Position numbers and translations under genes: made by a program | Shown here: positions 54,675-64,000 of the stretch, in pieces | Layout: the number at the start of each line of letters is the position of its first letter | Numbering within the stretch: position 1 is the stretch's first letter | DNA from: a virus | Direction: 5' to 3' (one strand) | Length of the DNA stretch: 64,000 bases | IMG/VR virus record: IMGVR_UViG_3300023174_000061 | Notes under the pieces: generated by a model | Databases searched by the model: none | What the model was told of the DNA's origin: nothing | What the model saw: the letters and a program-made list of their open reading frames with translations, nothing else

Positions 54675-55963
54675 TGGCAGCAGCAGTAGGTTCATTTAAA
54701 CCCAATTATTTTACCATTCAAACTTTGGATGGTAGTACAACTGTTGATGTTACAAACTCTTGTTTGTTCTTTGATTATTTTGAAGATATTTTATCTCCTT
54801 GTGTGACTGCTATCGCACAATTAATCAATAGTTCGTCCTTATTTAATATCTTACCAATTCGTGGTGGAGAGAAAGTTACAATTAGTGTTGATACTGCTTT
54901 TGGTGAGTTTGTGCTTGATGACTTATATGTTTATAAAGTAAGTAATCTTGACGCACAACATTCAAATGAAATGTTTACTTTAAATCTTGTTTCTCGTGAA
55001 GGATTAACAAATGAAACTTCAAGATGTCAGACAATTTATAGAGGAAATTTACAGACTACTGTAACTAAAATTCTTAAAGATGATTTAAAAACTAAAAAGT
55101 ATAAGAGTGAAAATATAGAAGGAACATCAAATGATTATTCTTTTATTGGAAATAATCGTAAACCATTTCACGTTTTGACTTGGTTAGGACCAAAAGCAGT
55201 TCCAGCAAACGGACAAAATTCAGGAACTTCTGGTGAAGAAGCAAGAGGAACTGCTGGTTTCTTGTTTTATGAAAACAAAGATGGATTTAATTTTAGAAGT
55301 ATTGATAGTTTAGTTTCAAGCACAAAGATACAAACCAATAGTGCCGATAAAGAAAATATACCATATTATCTTTTCACGCAGGTAATTGAGGAAAACCAGA
55401 CAAAAACCAATTTTAATATATTGAATTATAATTACGAAAAGAATATCGACTTAATGAAATCATTAAGAGTTGGTATGTATGTGAATAAAACTTATTTTTA
55501 TGATTTGTATTCCAATACTTTGGATTTATATACTTATAAAGTGAAAAATCAAGTTAAGAGTAAATTGGGTGGTGCTGAAAGTATTGCTGTATCTGATGAA
55601 TTTGGTGATAGTATTTCTCGTATTATGGTAAGAACATCAGATAGGGGAGCATTAAAAACAGATGGTTCTGTGAGTGATAAGTTGAGAAGTGGTGCTGATA
55701 TGGCTATGTCTTATTCTCGATACAATTTATTGTTTACGCAGGCACTAAATATGGTTGTTCCTTGTAATGTGAATTTGAAGGTTGGTGGAATTATTCACGC
55801 AGAGTTTCCACGAATAGATAGAAATACAAATATGACATCAGACGAAGAGCAAAGTGGATATTATTTAATTAAAGAGTTGAGACATCATTTTGAGGGCGGA
55901 CAAATGGTTACGAGTTTAAGATTAATTCGTGATAGTTATGGTCTTTATAGTCCAAATAAATAA
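54674..55963 (+). CDS. Baseplate hub/tail protein (gp27-like position)
   Basis: YFEDILSP, LPIRGGEKV, FYENKDGFNFRSID, SG.YLI..L.H.F. Confidence 0.7.
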   Translation: MAAAVGSFKPNYFTIQTLDGSTTVDVTNSCLFFDYFEDILSPCVTAIAQLINSSSLFNILPIRGGEKVTISVDTAFGEFVLDDLYVYKVSNLDAQHSNEMFTLNLVSREGLTNETSRCQTIYRGNLQTTVTKILKDDLKTKKYKSENIEGTSNDYSFIGNNRKPFHVLTWLGPKAVPANGQNSGTSGEEARGTAGFLFYENKDGFNFRSIDSLVSSTKIQTNSADKENIPYYLFTQVIEENQTKTNFNILNYNYEKNIDLMKSLRVGMYVNKTYFYDLYSNTLDLYTYKVKNQVKSKLGGAESIAVSDEFGDSISRIMVRTSDRGALKTDGSVSDKLRSGADMAMSYSRYNLLFTQALNMVVPCNVNLKVGGIIHAEFPRIDRNTNMTSDEEQSGYYLIKELRHHFEGGQMVTSLRLIRDSYGLYSPNK

Positions 55964-55969
55964 AAGAAA

Positions 55970-56179
55970 ATGGAACTACAAGAACTTATTAACGATATAT
56001 GTGAGGAATTAGAAACTACCTCATTAAATAAACAAAGAAAAAGATATTTAAACGCATATTTGGAAGAACTTTTAGAATATCAAAAGCATCACCCAGATGC
56101 TATTGGAATACCAAGTTCATTAGAAATATTTTGTGATTTAAACCCAAACGCATTGGAGTGTAGAATTTACAATGATTGA
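55970..56179 (+). CDS. cp12: Calvin-cycle inhibitor CP12
   Basis: C-terminal LEIFCDLNPNALECRIYND motif; located next to gene 5. Confidence 0.85.
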   Translation: MELQELINDICEELETTSLNKQRKRYLNAYLEELLEYQKHHPDAIGIPSSLEIFCDLNPNALECRIYND

Positions 56180-58493
56180 AGAGGCTTTATTAAAATCCAA
56201 TTATATTGGAAAAGATGGTTTCAGTTGGTGGATAGGGCAAGTTGCTCACCCAGATTATTGGAAAAAAGCAGCAGATTATTTTAATGGTGATTGGAACTAT
56301 CGTTGCAAAGTAAGAATTATTGGTTATCATCCTTTTTCTGGATCTGTTTTGAGTGATGAAGATTTGCCTTGGGCGCAGGTAATGATAGACCCTGCCTTTG
56401 GTAGCGCTCAAGGTGGGACAGGAAAAACATTAGATTTAAAAGGTGGAGAAACTTGTTTTGGTTTTTTCTTGGATGGTGATGACGCACAACAACCAGTAGT
56501 TCTTGGTCTTCTCCATAGAAGTGATGGGGTTAAGAATTTAATTAGTGAGCAGAATGTAAAAGCAGATATGAGTTCAGGATTTAAACCATTTACAGGTCAT
56601 CCTGGAGGCAAAGTACGAGCAACACAAAGAGAAGTAAGACAAAATAAAGAAATAGATCAAACTACAACTACGGAGCAAAGAAACGAACAATCCGCAGAAA
56701 CTTCACCAATACCACCTTCTCTTGCTTATGATCCAAATCTTGATTTGGGACTTGATACTAGTGGTGTTCCAAAGAATAGTGTTTCTTGGGATAGTGCAAA
56801 AGGATTTACAACAAATATTAACGCATTTGATCCAAACTTAAATTTATTTGGAGATAAATTGGTTTGCCAGGCTCAATCTACTTATGGGATAGAAAAAAAA
56901 TGTGATAAAACTTATATTGGAGTGAATGGGTGTGAAAATAATTTAATTAGTCAAATCACACAAGTACTTCAAGATTTTATTGCAGTTACAAATGGATTAG
57001 ATCAGTATTTGCACGCTTTTATTGATCCAGTATTAAATGAAATTGTAGATATCGGGCAATCGATTGCAAATTGTGCTAGACAAATTGGAGGTATTGTAAA
57101 ATTAATTATTAATAATTTAAGAAATACAATTTTTAAATGTATTACTTGGGCTTTTAGAAAACTTGTTGCTTTAAAAGTTCCACTTTCGCAACAAAAAATT
57201 ATTTTGGAAGCGATGAAAAAATATTTGGATATTATTTTTTGTATTCTTGAAAAATTACCTGCTGGAATTATTGATTTTATCCAAGGACTTCTTGGTGATT
57301 TAGCATCAAATAATATCAATTCACCAGTTTGTGCTGTCGAGCAATGGACTGCTGGAATTTTAGCAAAAGTAATGGATAGTATTGAAAATGCACTTTCCAC
57401 TATTATGTCTGGAATTGGTTGGTTGACTGGTGGTCTTTCGACTGTTTCTGGAATTTTAAATACTGCTAGTTCATTAGCATCACAAATTTTTAGTTTTCTT
57501 GAATGTACTGGTCTTGCTTGTAAAACACCACACGTTTGGGCTTCCAAATTTGGACCAAGTGAAAAGGAAGCAGACGATTGGGAAAAAATGGTTGGTAGTG
57601 TAAATGTGTTTAAAGGTGTAAGTGATGGGTTGGGTTCAATTGAAGCTGCTTTAGGTGAAACTCCACTTTATGCTGGAATAACTGGATTGTTTAATGATGC
57701 ATTTAGTCAATGTAATCAAAAAGTTCAAAATCCAACAAGTCAATATGATATTGTACCATTACCAGTTGGATCAAAGTATTCTACTTGTATTCCACCAATT
57801 GTTAATATTTTTGGAGACGGTATAGGTGCGAGGGCAATACCAATTGTTGATAGTACTGGATCTATATTTTCAGTTGAAATATTAAATAGTGGTGTTGGAT
57901 ATACAATTCCACCGACGATTTCTATTATTGATAATAGTGGTTGTGGATCTGGAGCAGAAGCACAAAGCATCATCAATCAAGACACTGGTTCAATTGAAGA
58001 CATTTATATAACTAATGCTGGTTCTGGTTACGCACAAGGAAATTATACGAATATAGGAACTGGAACTGGAGGAACTGGAACTGGAACTGAAACTAGTACT
58101 GATGGTACTGGAACTAGTACTGGTGGTACTGGAACTGGTGGTACTGGAACTAATGTCGCAAATTCTGGTGATGTATCTGGTTGCGTTAAAAATATAATTG
58201 TAACTGCGCCTGGATATGGATATACAACTGGGGATACAATTACAGATGGTAAGAATACTTATACTCCAATAGTAACTCCTGGTTCTGGTGCGATTATTGG
58301 TATTAAACCATTAACAAATCCAATTTGTGGATTTGATAGGACACCAACATTAACTATAAATACTAGAACAGGAGTTGCTGCTGATGTTGTCGCACTTATG
58401 AAATTTACTCCAACATATACTACGGTCAATCAAGATCAAGTAAATCAAGCAACAATTACTGGAATTGTAACATCGGTGGTGGATTGTGTATGA
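56172..58493 (+). CDS. gp5: Baseplate hub protein gp5 (N-terminal OB fold)
   Basis: F.WWIGQV, R.KVRIIGYH, LPWA, GFFLDG.DAQQPV; G/T-rich linker near 58055-58152. Confidence 0.85.
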   Translation: MIEEALLKSNYIGKDGFSWWIGQVAHPDYWKKAADYFNGDWNYRCKVRIIGYHPFSGSVLSDEDLPWAQVMIDPAFGSAQGGTGKTLDLKGGETCFGFFLDGDDAQQPVVLGLLHRSDGVKNLISEQNVKADMSSGFKPFTGHPGGKVRATQREVRQNKEIDQTTTTEQRNEQSAETSPIPPSLAYDPNLDLGLDTSGVPKNSVSWDSAKGFTTNINAFDPNLNLFGDKLVCQAQSTYGIEKKCDKTYIGVNGCENNLISQITQVLQDFIAVTNGLDQYLHAFIDPVLNEIVDIGQSIANCARQIGGIVKLIINNLRNTIFKCITWAFRKLVALKVPLSQQKIILEAMKKYLDIIFCILEKLPAGIIDFIQGLLGDLASNNINSPVCAVEQWTAGILAKVMDSIENALSTIMSGIGWLTGGLSTVSGILNTASSLASQIFSFLECTGLACKTPHVWASKFGPSEKEADDWEKMVGSVNVFKGVSDGLGSIEAALGETPLYAGITGLFNDAFSQCNQKVQNPTSQYDIVPLPVGSKYSTCIPPIVNIFGDGIGARAIPIVDSTGSIFSVEILNSGVGYTIPPTISIIDNSGCGSGAEAQSIINQDTGSIEDIYITNAGSGYAQGNYTNIGTGTGGTGTGTETSTDGTGTSTGGTGTGGTGTNVANSGDVSGCVKNIIVTAPGYGYTTGDTITDGKNTYTPIVTPGSGAIIGIKPLTNPICGFDRTPTLTINTRTGVAADVVALMKFTPTYTTVNQDQVNQATITGIVTSVVDCV

Positions 58494-59074
58494 GTGAATG
58501 TAACGAAAATCAACAAGTAACGCAAACAGATTGGTACAGATTTGAAGCTGGAACTAAAAGTTTTGCAAATGGTGATATAGAGTTGGGTTTATCAACACCA
58601 ACTAAACAAGGAATTAATATGTATAAGAATGGAAATTGTGATTTTGCTATTAATGGAACATTAAAGGAAGTATCTGGATTTAAGGTTAAAACTCCAGAGG
58701 AATTTGCGAGAATTATTGATGCTACAAATGGAAGTATTCTCATTCAAGCATTGAATGGAACTATAACTCTTAAAGCAAAAAATATTCGTCTTGTTGGTGT
58801 TGATGGTGTAGAAGGAGAAATTACACTACAAGCATCAAAAAAAATTCTTACGAATGCTCCTACCGTAACAACACAAGGAACAAATATAACTTTAGCTGCG
58901 GCTCAAAATGCTAGTGTTGCTGGAAGTAGCACTACAATACACGGTGCTACACCACCAGATGTAAGTTCTGGTGCGGAAACAGATAATTCTTCAATAATGG
59001 GGCAAATTTTAGATGCGATTAAGAGATTTAAAAACTTCTTTAATTCTATTTGTGAAAACAAACCAGAGGGATAA
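58490..59074 (+). CDS. Baseplate spike-related protein
   Basis: Beta-repeat-like I.I.A.NG.I.LKAKNI pattern, directly after gp5. Confidence 0.55.
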   Translation: MSECNENQQVTQTDWYRFEAGTKSFANGDIELGLSTPTKQGINMYKNGNCDFAINGTLKEVSGFKVKTPEEFARIIDATNGSILIQALNGTITLKAKNIRLVGVDGVEGEITLQASKKILTNAPTVTTQGTNITLAAAQNASVAGSSTTIHGATPPDVSSGAETDNSSIMGQILDAIKRFKNFFNSICENKPEG

Positions 59075-59079
59075 TAATT

Positions 59080-59982
59080 ATGTCTGATTTAACTATTGCT
59101 AATGTTGGGGAAAAACTAGTTGTAGGACAACTAGATATGGCCTTTTCGACTGTTGATGATAAACTCTTTCCTGGAACAGCAGTTATAAATGGACCTTGTT
59201 ATATTGGATTAACTCCACAGATTGGAGTTGCGAGAGCAACTTGTATGATTGGACCACCATTAAAAGGTGTGCCTGTTTCTCTTGAAGTGACTGGATGGTC
59301 TAATTTTGCTGGTATTACAAATACCGCAGGAACTATAAACGATTTAGCATTATCAAATATTTTTGGATTTACTAGCAGAATTGGTGCCGAAATTCAAGCA
59401 GCATTCAAAGCAATTTTTGGACTTAAATCAAACGCTGCGGTACAAATAACACAAGGACCAAAGGTCTGTCAGGCAGTTACTACAACCCCATTAATACAAG
59501 CACAAGCAGGAGTTTTTAACACTATTGTGGCTAACGTTGGTGTTTTGGGTCCAGGTGTTGATATTTCCAAATGCGCCGGAAAAAAACCATTTGATATTCC
59601 ACATCCAACGAATGATGGGTGGAGATTGAGGCACGTTTGCATTGAAGGACCAACAGCAGATGTATATGTAAGGGGAAGACTGAATAACTCAAATGTAATT
59701 GAACTACCAGAATATTGGAGAAAACTAGTAGATCCAGAAACGATTACGGTAAATTTAACTCCAGTTGGATCACATCAAGAATTGTATGTGGATAAGATTG
59801 AATGGGGAACTAAAATTTTAATTAAAAATAATTGTAGTTCTGCTGTAAATTGCTATTATACTGTTTATGGTGAGAGAGCAGATACAGATAAAAATATTCC
59901 AGAGTATGAAGGAACTTATAATGATTATCCTGGTGATAATAGACAATATACTTCTTTTGGTACAGCAGCAATAGTCCAATAA
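59080..59982 (+). CDS. Structural protein with a C-terminal chaperone-like domain
   Basis: KPFDIPHP....RLRHVCIEGP...VY.RG......IELPEYW. Confidence 0.65.
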   Translation: MSDLTIANVGEKLVVGQLDMAFSTVDDKLFPGTAVINGPCYIGLTPQIGVARATCMIGPPLKGVPVSLEVTGWSNFAGITNTAGTINDLALSNIFGFTSRIGAEIQAAFKAIFGLKSNAAVQITQGPKVCQAVTTTPLIQAQAGVFNTIVANVGVLGPGVDISKCAGKKPFDIPHPTNDGWRLRHVCIEGPTADVYVRGRLNNSNVIELPEYWRKLVDPETITVNLTPVGSHQELYVDKIEWGTKILIKNNCSSAVNCYYTVYGERADTDKNIPEYEGTYNDYPGDNRQYTSFGTAAIVQ

Positions 59983-60025
59983 ATATGTTTAATTACTATA
60001 AAGAAAGAGAATATAATTAATTATT

Positions 60026-62143
60026 ATGGCTAATGAAAGAGATTATGCTGCTGAAATACAACAGATCAATTCCACAGTCGCACAATATTTTGCTTCTACT
60101 GGATTATCACAAGATTATTATGAGAACCCATCAAATAATGTAAATGCTCTTCAAGGACAATTAGACGACAAAAGATTAGGTGTAGGGAATAGTGATACAT
60201 CAATTACAGCAACTATTATTGCAGATCAACAAACAGAGTTAGACCGAAAACTCGCAGAAGTTGAGATGCTAAAAGATCAATTAACAATTATGGATGTTAA
60301 GATTGATCGTTTTGATGCTCTCATTCAAAATATTGATAAAGATATTATCCCTCTTATTGATGAGATTAATGTTGCGATCACAGCAGTAAAAACTGCTTAT
60401 GATGCTAGAATTACTGCTGGTTGTAAGAGTGATTTATATTGGGAGGAAATAGGAACAAAACAATATACTTGGTTTGGATTTAGTTTATATGATACGATAT
60501 ATCAATGCAAGAAAAATCCAAATGTAAGAACGGATTATGGTTATTATGGAGCAAAGTATTATAGAAAACCACAAAATCAAGATTATGGTGCAAATATTGT
60601 TAAAGAATTTTTAGGCACTATTAGTGTAGGAAGTACAAGTTTAGCAATAATAAGTAGTGATGGTACATTTAATTTACAAGTTGGAGATACAATTACTGAT
60701 AATGTAGATAATCCAACAGTATTTTCTTCTGCGAATTTACCTTCGATTGTTGGATTTGGAACTACAGCAATTGTAGGAACTTCTACGCAATTTAGTGGTA
60801 CAATAAGTGTTGGTTCTACAATTATCGCACACACTGGAGTTGGAACTACTGGTGCTATTAATGTTGGAGATACAATAAGTCTTTCTGGTGTTTTGGTATC
60901 AAATACAAAAGTTGCTGGAATTGGAACTACAACCGCAACTCAAACAGTTTGGAACCCTGGTATTAATATTAATTTTTTAACCACACAAACATCGACAGGA
61001 CAAACCGTTGGAATTGGGTCAACAGTTATTTGGGTCAATTCCATATCAGGTGTTGCTGTTGGAAGTTCACTATCAATTAATGGGAAACTTACTAATGTTC
61101 CTGTTGTTTCAATTGGTGATACATTTGTAAGAATTGGAACAGCAAATACAATTGGTTCAACAATTGGTCCAGGACTTGCTGCTACATTCAGTACTTATAC
61201 TGGTGTTAGTTCAATGATAAGCACATCAGTGACTGTAAATAGTTTAATTGTAAGTGTTGCCGCAATTGGTAGTACCACGAATGGAACATTTGCAGTTGGT
61301 ATTTTATCAACATTCCCGTCAGTAATTTTGAGTGGTGCGTCTATAAAGGCGGCAACCAATACTAATTTTACAGATATAAGAACTACACAAACTGAAGAAA
61401 CTACATTTGATTATTCCAACAATCCTATAGATCCAGTAACTATTGGAATTATGGGAAATAATACACTTGGTTTGGGTCATAAGTTAGTAAGAGTGAGTAA
61501 TGGAAGTCCAGTTGGTCCTTTCCAATGGAGAGAGGTTATGACTTCTATTTTTGCAGACAAAACAGACGCACAATTAAATGATAGTGAAAGATATTTAAGA
61601 ACGACATACCCAGAACCTGCTTGTGGTGCAAGTTACGCAAGATACTATTCAGGCAACAATTCTTGGCCCATTAAAAATACTTTTGCTTATAATGTTGGTG
61701 GATATCCCCCATCATCATCTTCATCTTTATACGCACAAGAAGGAGATATAGTTACTGTTGGATTTGGTCTTACATCTCCGTTTGGTATTGATTATGCAAG
61801 TGTATCTTCAATAAATCCAAGTGCTGGTACTTGCAATCCACTTAATACTGCAATCACTACTGCGGAAACAAGTAGAGATGCGATTATTGCAAGAAATACT
61901 CCAAAGATTGATAGTTTAATTGCATCGGCAAGTGCTTTGAGAAGTATTCGAGATAAGATGGAAGGACAAGCATTTGCTGTTTTGCAAGGAAGAGTTTATG
62001 GTGATGTTGAGATTAATAAACTTAAAGCAGAACTTGCAGCACTACGAGCAGTAGATTTAAAACAGTTTGAACCATCAACATATTATTTTAATCCTGATAC
62101 TGGGAAAACATCTTCTTCTACTGTTGGTGTTGGAACTGTTTAA
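60026..62143 (+). CDS. Virion structural protein (coiled-coil termini, VGST/IGT beta repeats)
   Basis: 705-aa ORF rich in S/T/G repeats, within the tail module. Confidence 0.65.
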   Translation: MANERDYAAEIQQINSTVAQYFASTGLSQDYYENPSNNVNALQGQLDDKRLGVGNSDTSITATIIADQQTELDRKLAEVEMLKDQLTIMDVKIDRFDALIQNIDKDIIPLIDEINVAITAVKTAYDARITAGCKSDLYWEEIGTKQYTWFGFSLYDTIYQCKKNPNVRTDYGYYGAKYYRKPQNQDYGANIVKEFLGTISVGSTSLAIISSDGTFNLQVGDTITDNVDNPTVFSSANLPSIVGFGTTAIVGTSTQFSGTISVGSTIIAHTGVGTTGAINVGDTISLSGVLVSNTKVAGIGTTTATQTVWNPGININFLTTQTSTGQTVGIGSTVIWVNSISGVAVGSSLSINGKLTNVPVVSIGDTFVRIGTANTIGSTIGPGLAATFSTYTGVSSMISTSVTVNSLIVSVAAIGSTTNGTFAVGILSTFPSVILSGASIKAATNTNFTDIRTTQTEETTFDYSNNPIDPVTIGIMGNNTLGLGHKLVRVSNGSPVGPFQWREVMTSIFADKTDAQLNDSERYLRTTYPEPACGASYARYYSGNNSWPIKNTFAYNVGGYPPSSSSSLYAQEGDIVTVGFGLTSPFGIDYASVSSINPSAGTCNPLNTAITTAETSRDAIIARNTPKIDSLIASASALRSIRDKMEGQAFAVLQGRVYGDVEINKLKAELAALRAVDLKQFEPSTYYFNPDTGKTSSSTVGVGTV

Positions 62144-62201
62144 AAATGCTCTATAGAATGAAACCTATATATTATAAGAAAAAAAGTACCCGCAATAAGT
62201 A

Positions 62202-64000
62202 ATGACGGACAGATTTCCACTTATAGCCAATCCAACAACTAAACGAATTGAGGAGTTGGCTTCTGGTGATAATTTAAATCTTCAAAATAGTGGTATTGTT
62301 GGTGCTACAACTATAACCGCAAATAAGTTTGTTGGAAATTTACAAGGAAACGCAACGAGTGCGGATACATTAAATTTTGCTGAAAATATAACTTCTGGAA
62401 CGATTAGTTCTTCTAGATTATCTGGTTATTATGGAATTAATGTAAATAGTGCAAATATACTTACCAATGCTGCAAATATAACTTCTGGTTTTATTAGCAG
62501 TGATAGATTATCTGGAGCTTATGATATCGACGTTTCATTTGCACAAGATGCAAATAGGTTAGTATCTGCTGAAAATATCCTTGGTGGTATTATAAATCCA
62601 GCAAGATTATCTGGAACATATAATATTAATGTTTCTTCTGCTGCTACTGCATCCAACTTAGCACCAGGTCTTTATGCTATTAATGTTTCTGGAAACGCAG
62701 CAACTGCAACCACTGCTACAAATCTTTCCGATGCAGCAAATATAACCACTGGTACTATTAGTAGTTCTAGACTTAGTGGTTCTTATGGTATTAATATTAC
62801 TGGAAATGCAGCAACTGCAGCATTTGCTACTACAGCAACTAATGTTGTTGGGGGCATCGGTTCTATTAGACAACTTCAAGTCACTGGTATCTCCACATTC
62901 ACTAATGGACCAGTATTAGTAGGAACTGGAACTTCAACAGGAATTTCATCGCAAAGACTTCAGGTATCTGGTGGTGCTTATGTTTCTGGTTCGGTTGGTA
63001 TTGGAACCACAAATCCAACTACAAATTTGGATGTGGTTGGTGGTGTTAAGATCTCTGGTATTTCTACACTTGGAACAGTTAAGATTTCTTCTGGTATTGT
63101 AACTGCAAGTTCTGGTGTTGTAACTTATTATGGTGATGGTTCTACTCTTTCTAATATTGTAACACAAGTTACTGCTGGAATTGGTATTTCACTTACACCA
63201 ACCAATGGAATAGGAATAGTACAAGTAGAATCATATCGTCCAACTGGAAAAACTATATTTGTATCTCAAAATGGTAATGATGATAATACTGGTTTAGCAG
63301 TGAATCATCCAAAGAGATCAATCAAAGCAGCAGCGTTAATTGCATTTCCTGGTGATACCATTAAGGTATTCCCTGGAACTTACATTGAAGATAATCCTAT
63401 TGTTTTGGGAAAAACAGTTTCTATTGAAGGAACAGAATTAAGAAACTGTGTAATTACACCAAGATACACTGACCGTGATTTATTCTATGTGAATAATAGT
63501 GTGCATATGACCAATTTGAGTTTCATTGGTCCTGATATGAGTAATGGATCTGCAGTTGTTTCACTTAAACCATTAACAGGTGTATCAACAGATAGATTTT
63601 TCGATGCAGCAAGAATGATTAGGTTAAATCTTGATTTTATTGCAAATGAAGCAGTAGGATACTTAACAAGTACAGAATATAGAAATCCAGCATTCTCTAC
63701 TGGTATAACAACACAAACAAGATTTATTTCAGATATTAAGACAGTATTAAAATCAGTTTGTCATGATATTACAAGAGGTGGAAATTCCAAGTGTGTTGGG
63801 GCAGGTAAGTCATATTATACAGATGCTGGAGTACTTCAATATATTGTTGGAGTAAAGACAGAGACGCGTGATGCATTAACTTATGCTGCTGGAATTGCTC
63901 GTGCAGTAGTTAATAACGTAACTTGGGGGGCAAATCCAGTTGGTATTGCAACTTCAGTTACAAATGCAGTTTATAGTAATATAACAGGTGTTACTACAAT
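62202..64000 (+). CDS. Large tail-fibre/structural protein (runs off the window)
   Basis: Begins MTDRFPLIANP. Repeated NITSG.ISS.RLSG.Y.I.V units, GIGTTNP, and a FVSQNGNDDN.G...P.RSI.AA beta-helix start. No stop seen. Confidence 0.8.
   Translation, partial: MTDRFPLIANPTTKRIEELASGDNLNLQNSGIVGATTITANKFVGNLQGNATSADTLNFAENITSGTISSSRLSGYYGINVNSANILTNAANITSGFISSDRLSGAYDIDVSFAQDANRLVSAENILGGIINPARLSGTYNINVSSAATASNLAPGLYAINVSGNAATATTATNLSDAANITTGTISSSRLSGSYGINITGNAATAAFATTATNVVGGIGSIRQLQVTGISTFTNGPVLVGTGTSTGISSQRLQVSGGAYVSGSVGIGTTNPTTNLDVVGGVKISGISTLGTVKISSGIVTASSGVVTYYGDGSTLSNIVTQVTAGIGISLTPTNGIGIVQVESYRPTGKTIFVSQNGNDDNTGLAVNHPKRSIKAAALIAFPGDTIKVFPGTYIEDNPIVLGKTVSIEGTELRNCVITPRYTDRDLFYVNNSVHMTNLSFIGPDMSNGSAVVSLKPLTGVSTDRFFDAARMIRLNLDFIANEAVGYLTSTEYRNPAFSTGITTQTRFISDIKTVLKSVCHDITRGGNSKCVGAGKSYYTDAGVLQYIVGVKTETRDALTYAAGIARAVVNNVTWGANPVGIATSVTNAVYSNITGVTT

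Noticed and set aside
58055-58152. GGAACT/GGTACT tandem repeats as a phase-variable or non-coding repeat
   Set aside because: They encode an in-frame Gly/Thr low-complexity linker in gp5.

Overview
This is a 64-kb segment of a T4-like cyanomyovirus (Kyanoviridae-like, probably freshwater). In order it contains: the 3' end of nrdB; late acidic/basic modular proteins resembling internal head proteins; several free-standing GIY-YIG and HNH endonucleases; tRNA-Gly, a Som-type porin and Dps; an early unit of orphan Phd antitoxin, atypical tRNA(UAU) and a pseudoknot/UGGYG RNA array interrupted by an HNH gene; an ~18-kb glycan synthesis island (gmd, fcl, many glycosyl- and methyltransferases); hli genes, a C39 peptidase and a lysozyme; psbA with a 212-nt group I intron; three LamG paralogues; a glutamine riboswitch with a small peptide; thyX, phoH, genes 33, 59 and 32; and the baseplate/tail module with cp12. 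Three candidates for undescribed systems stand out. (1) Four GIY-YIG endonuclease genes share an identically spaced upstream cassette: late promoter, ~55-nt two-hairpin RNA, terminator, second late promoter. In each, the first hairpin carries a locus-specific 10-15-nt antisense to the very 5' end of the nuclease mRNA. (2) A sugar-nucleotide sub-operon combines a nucleotidyltransferase-RibB fusion, a kinase, a HAD phosphatase and a transaldolase-fold enzyme with a non-canonical active site. (3) The antitoxin-tRNA-pseudoknot RNA unit may act against host defences. All calls come from reading the sequence; no database searches were run.
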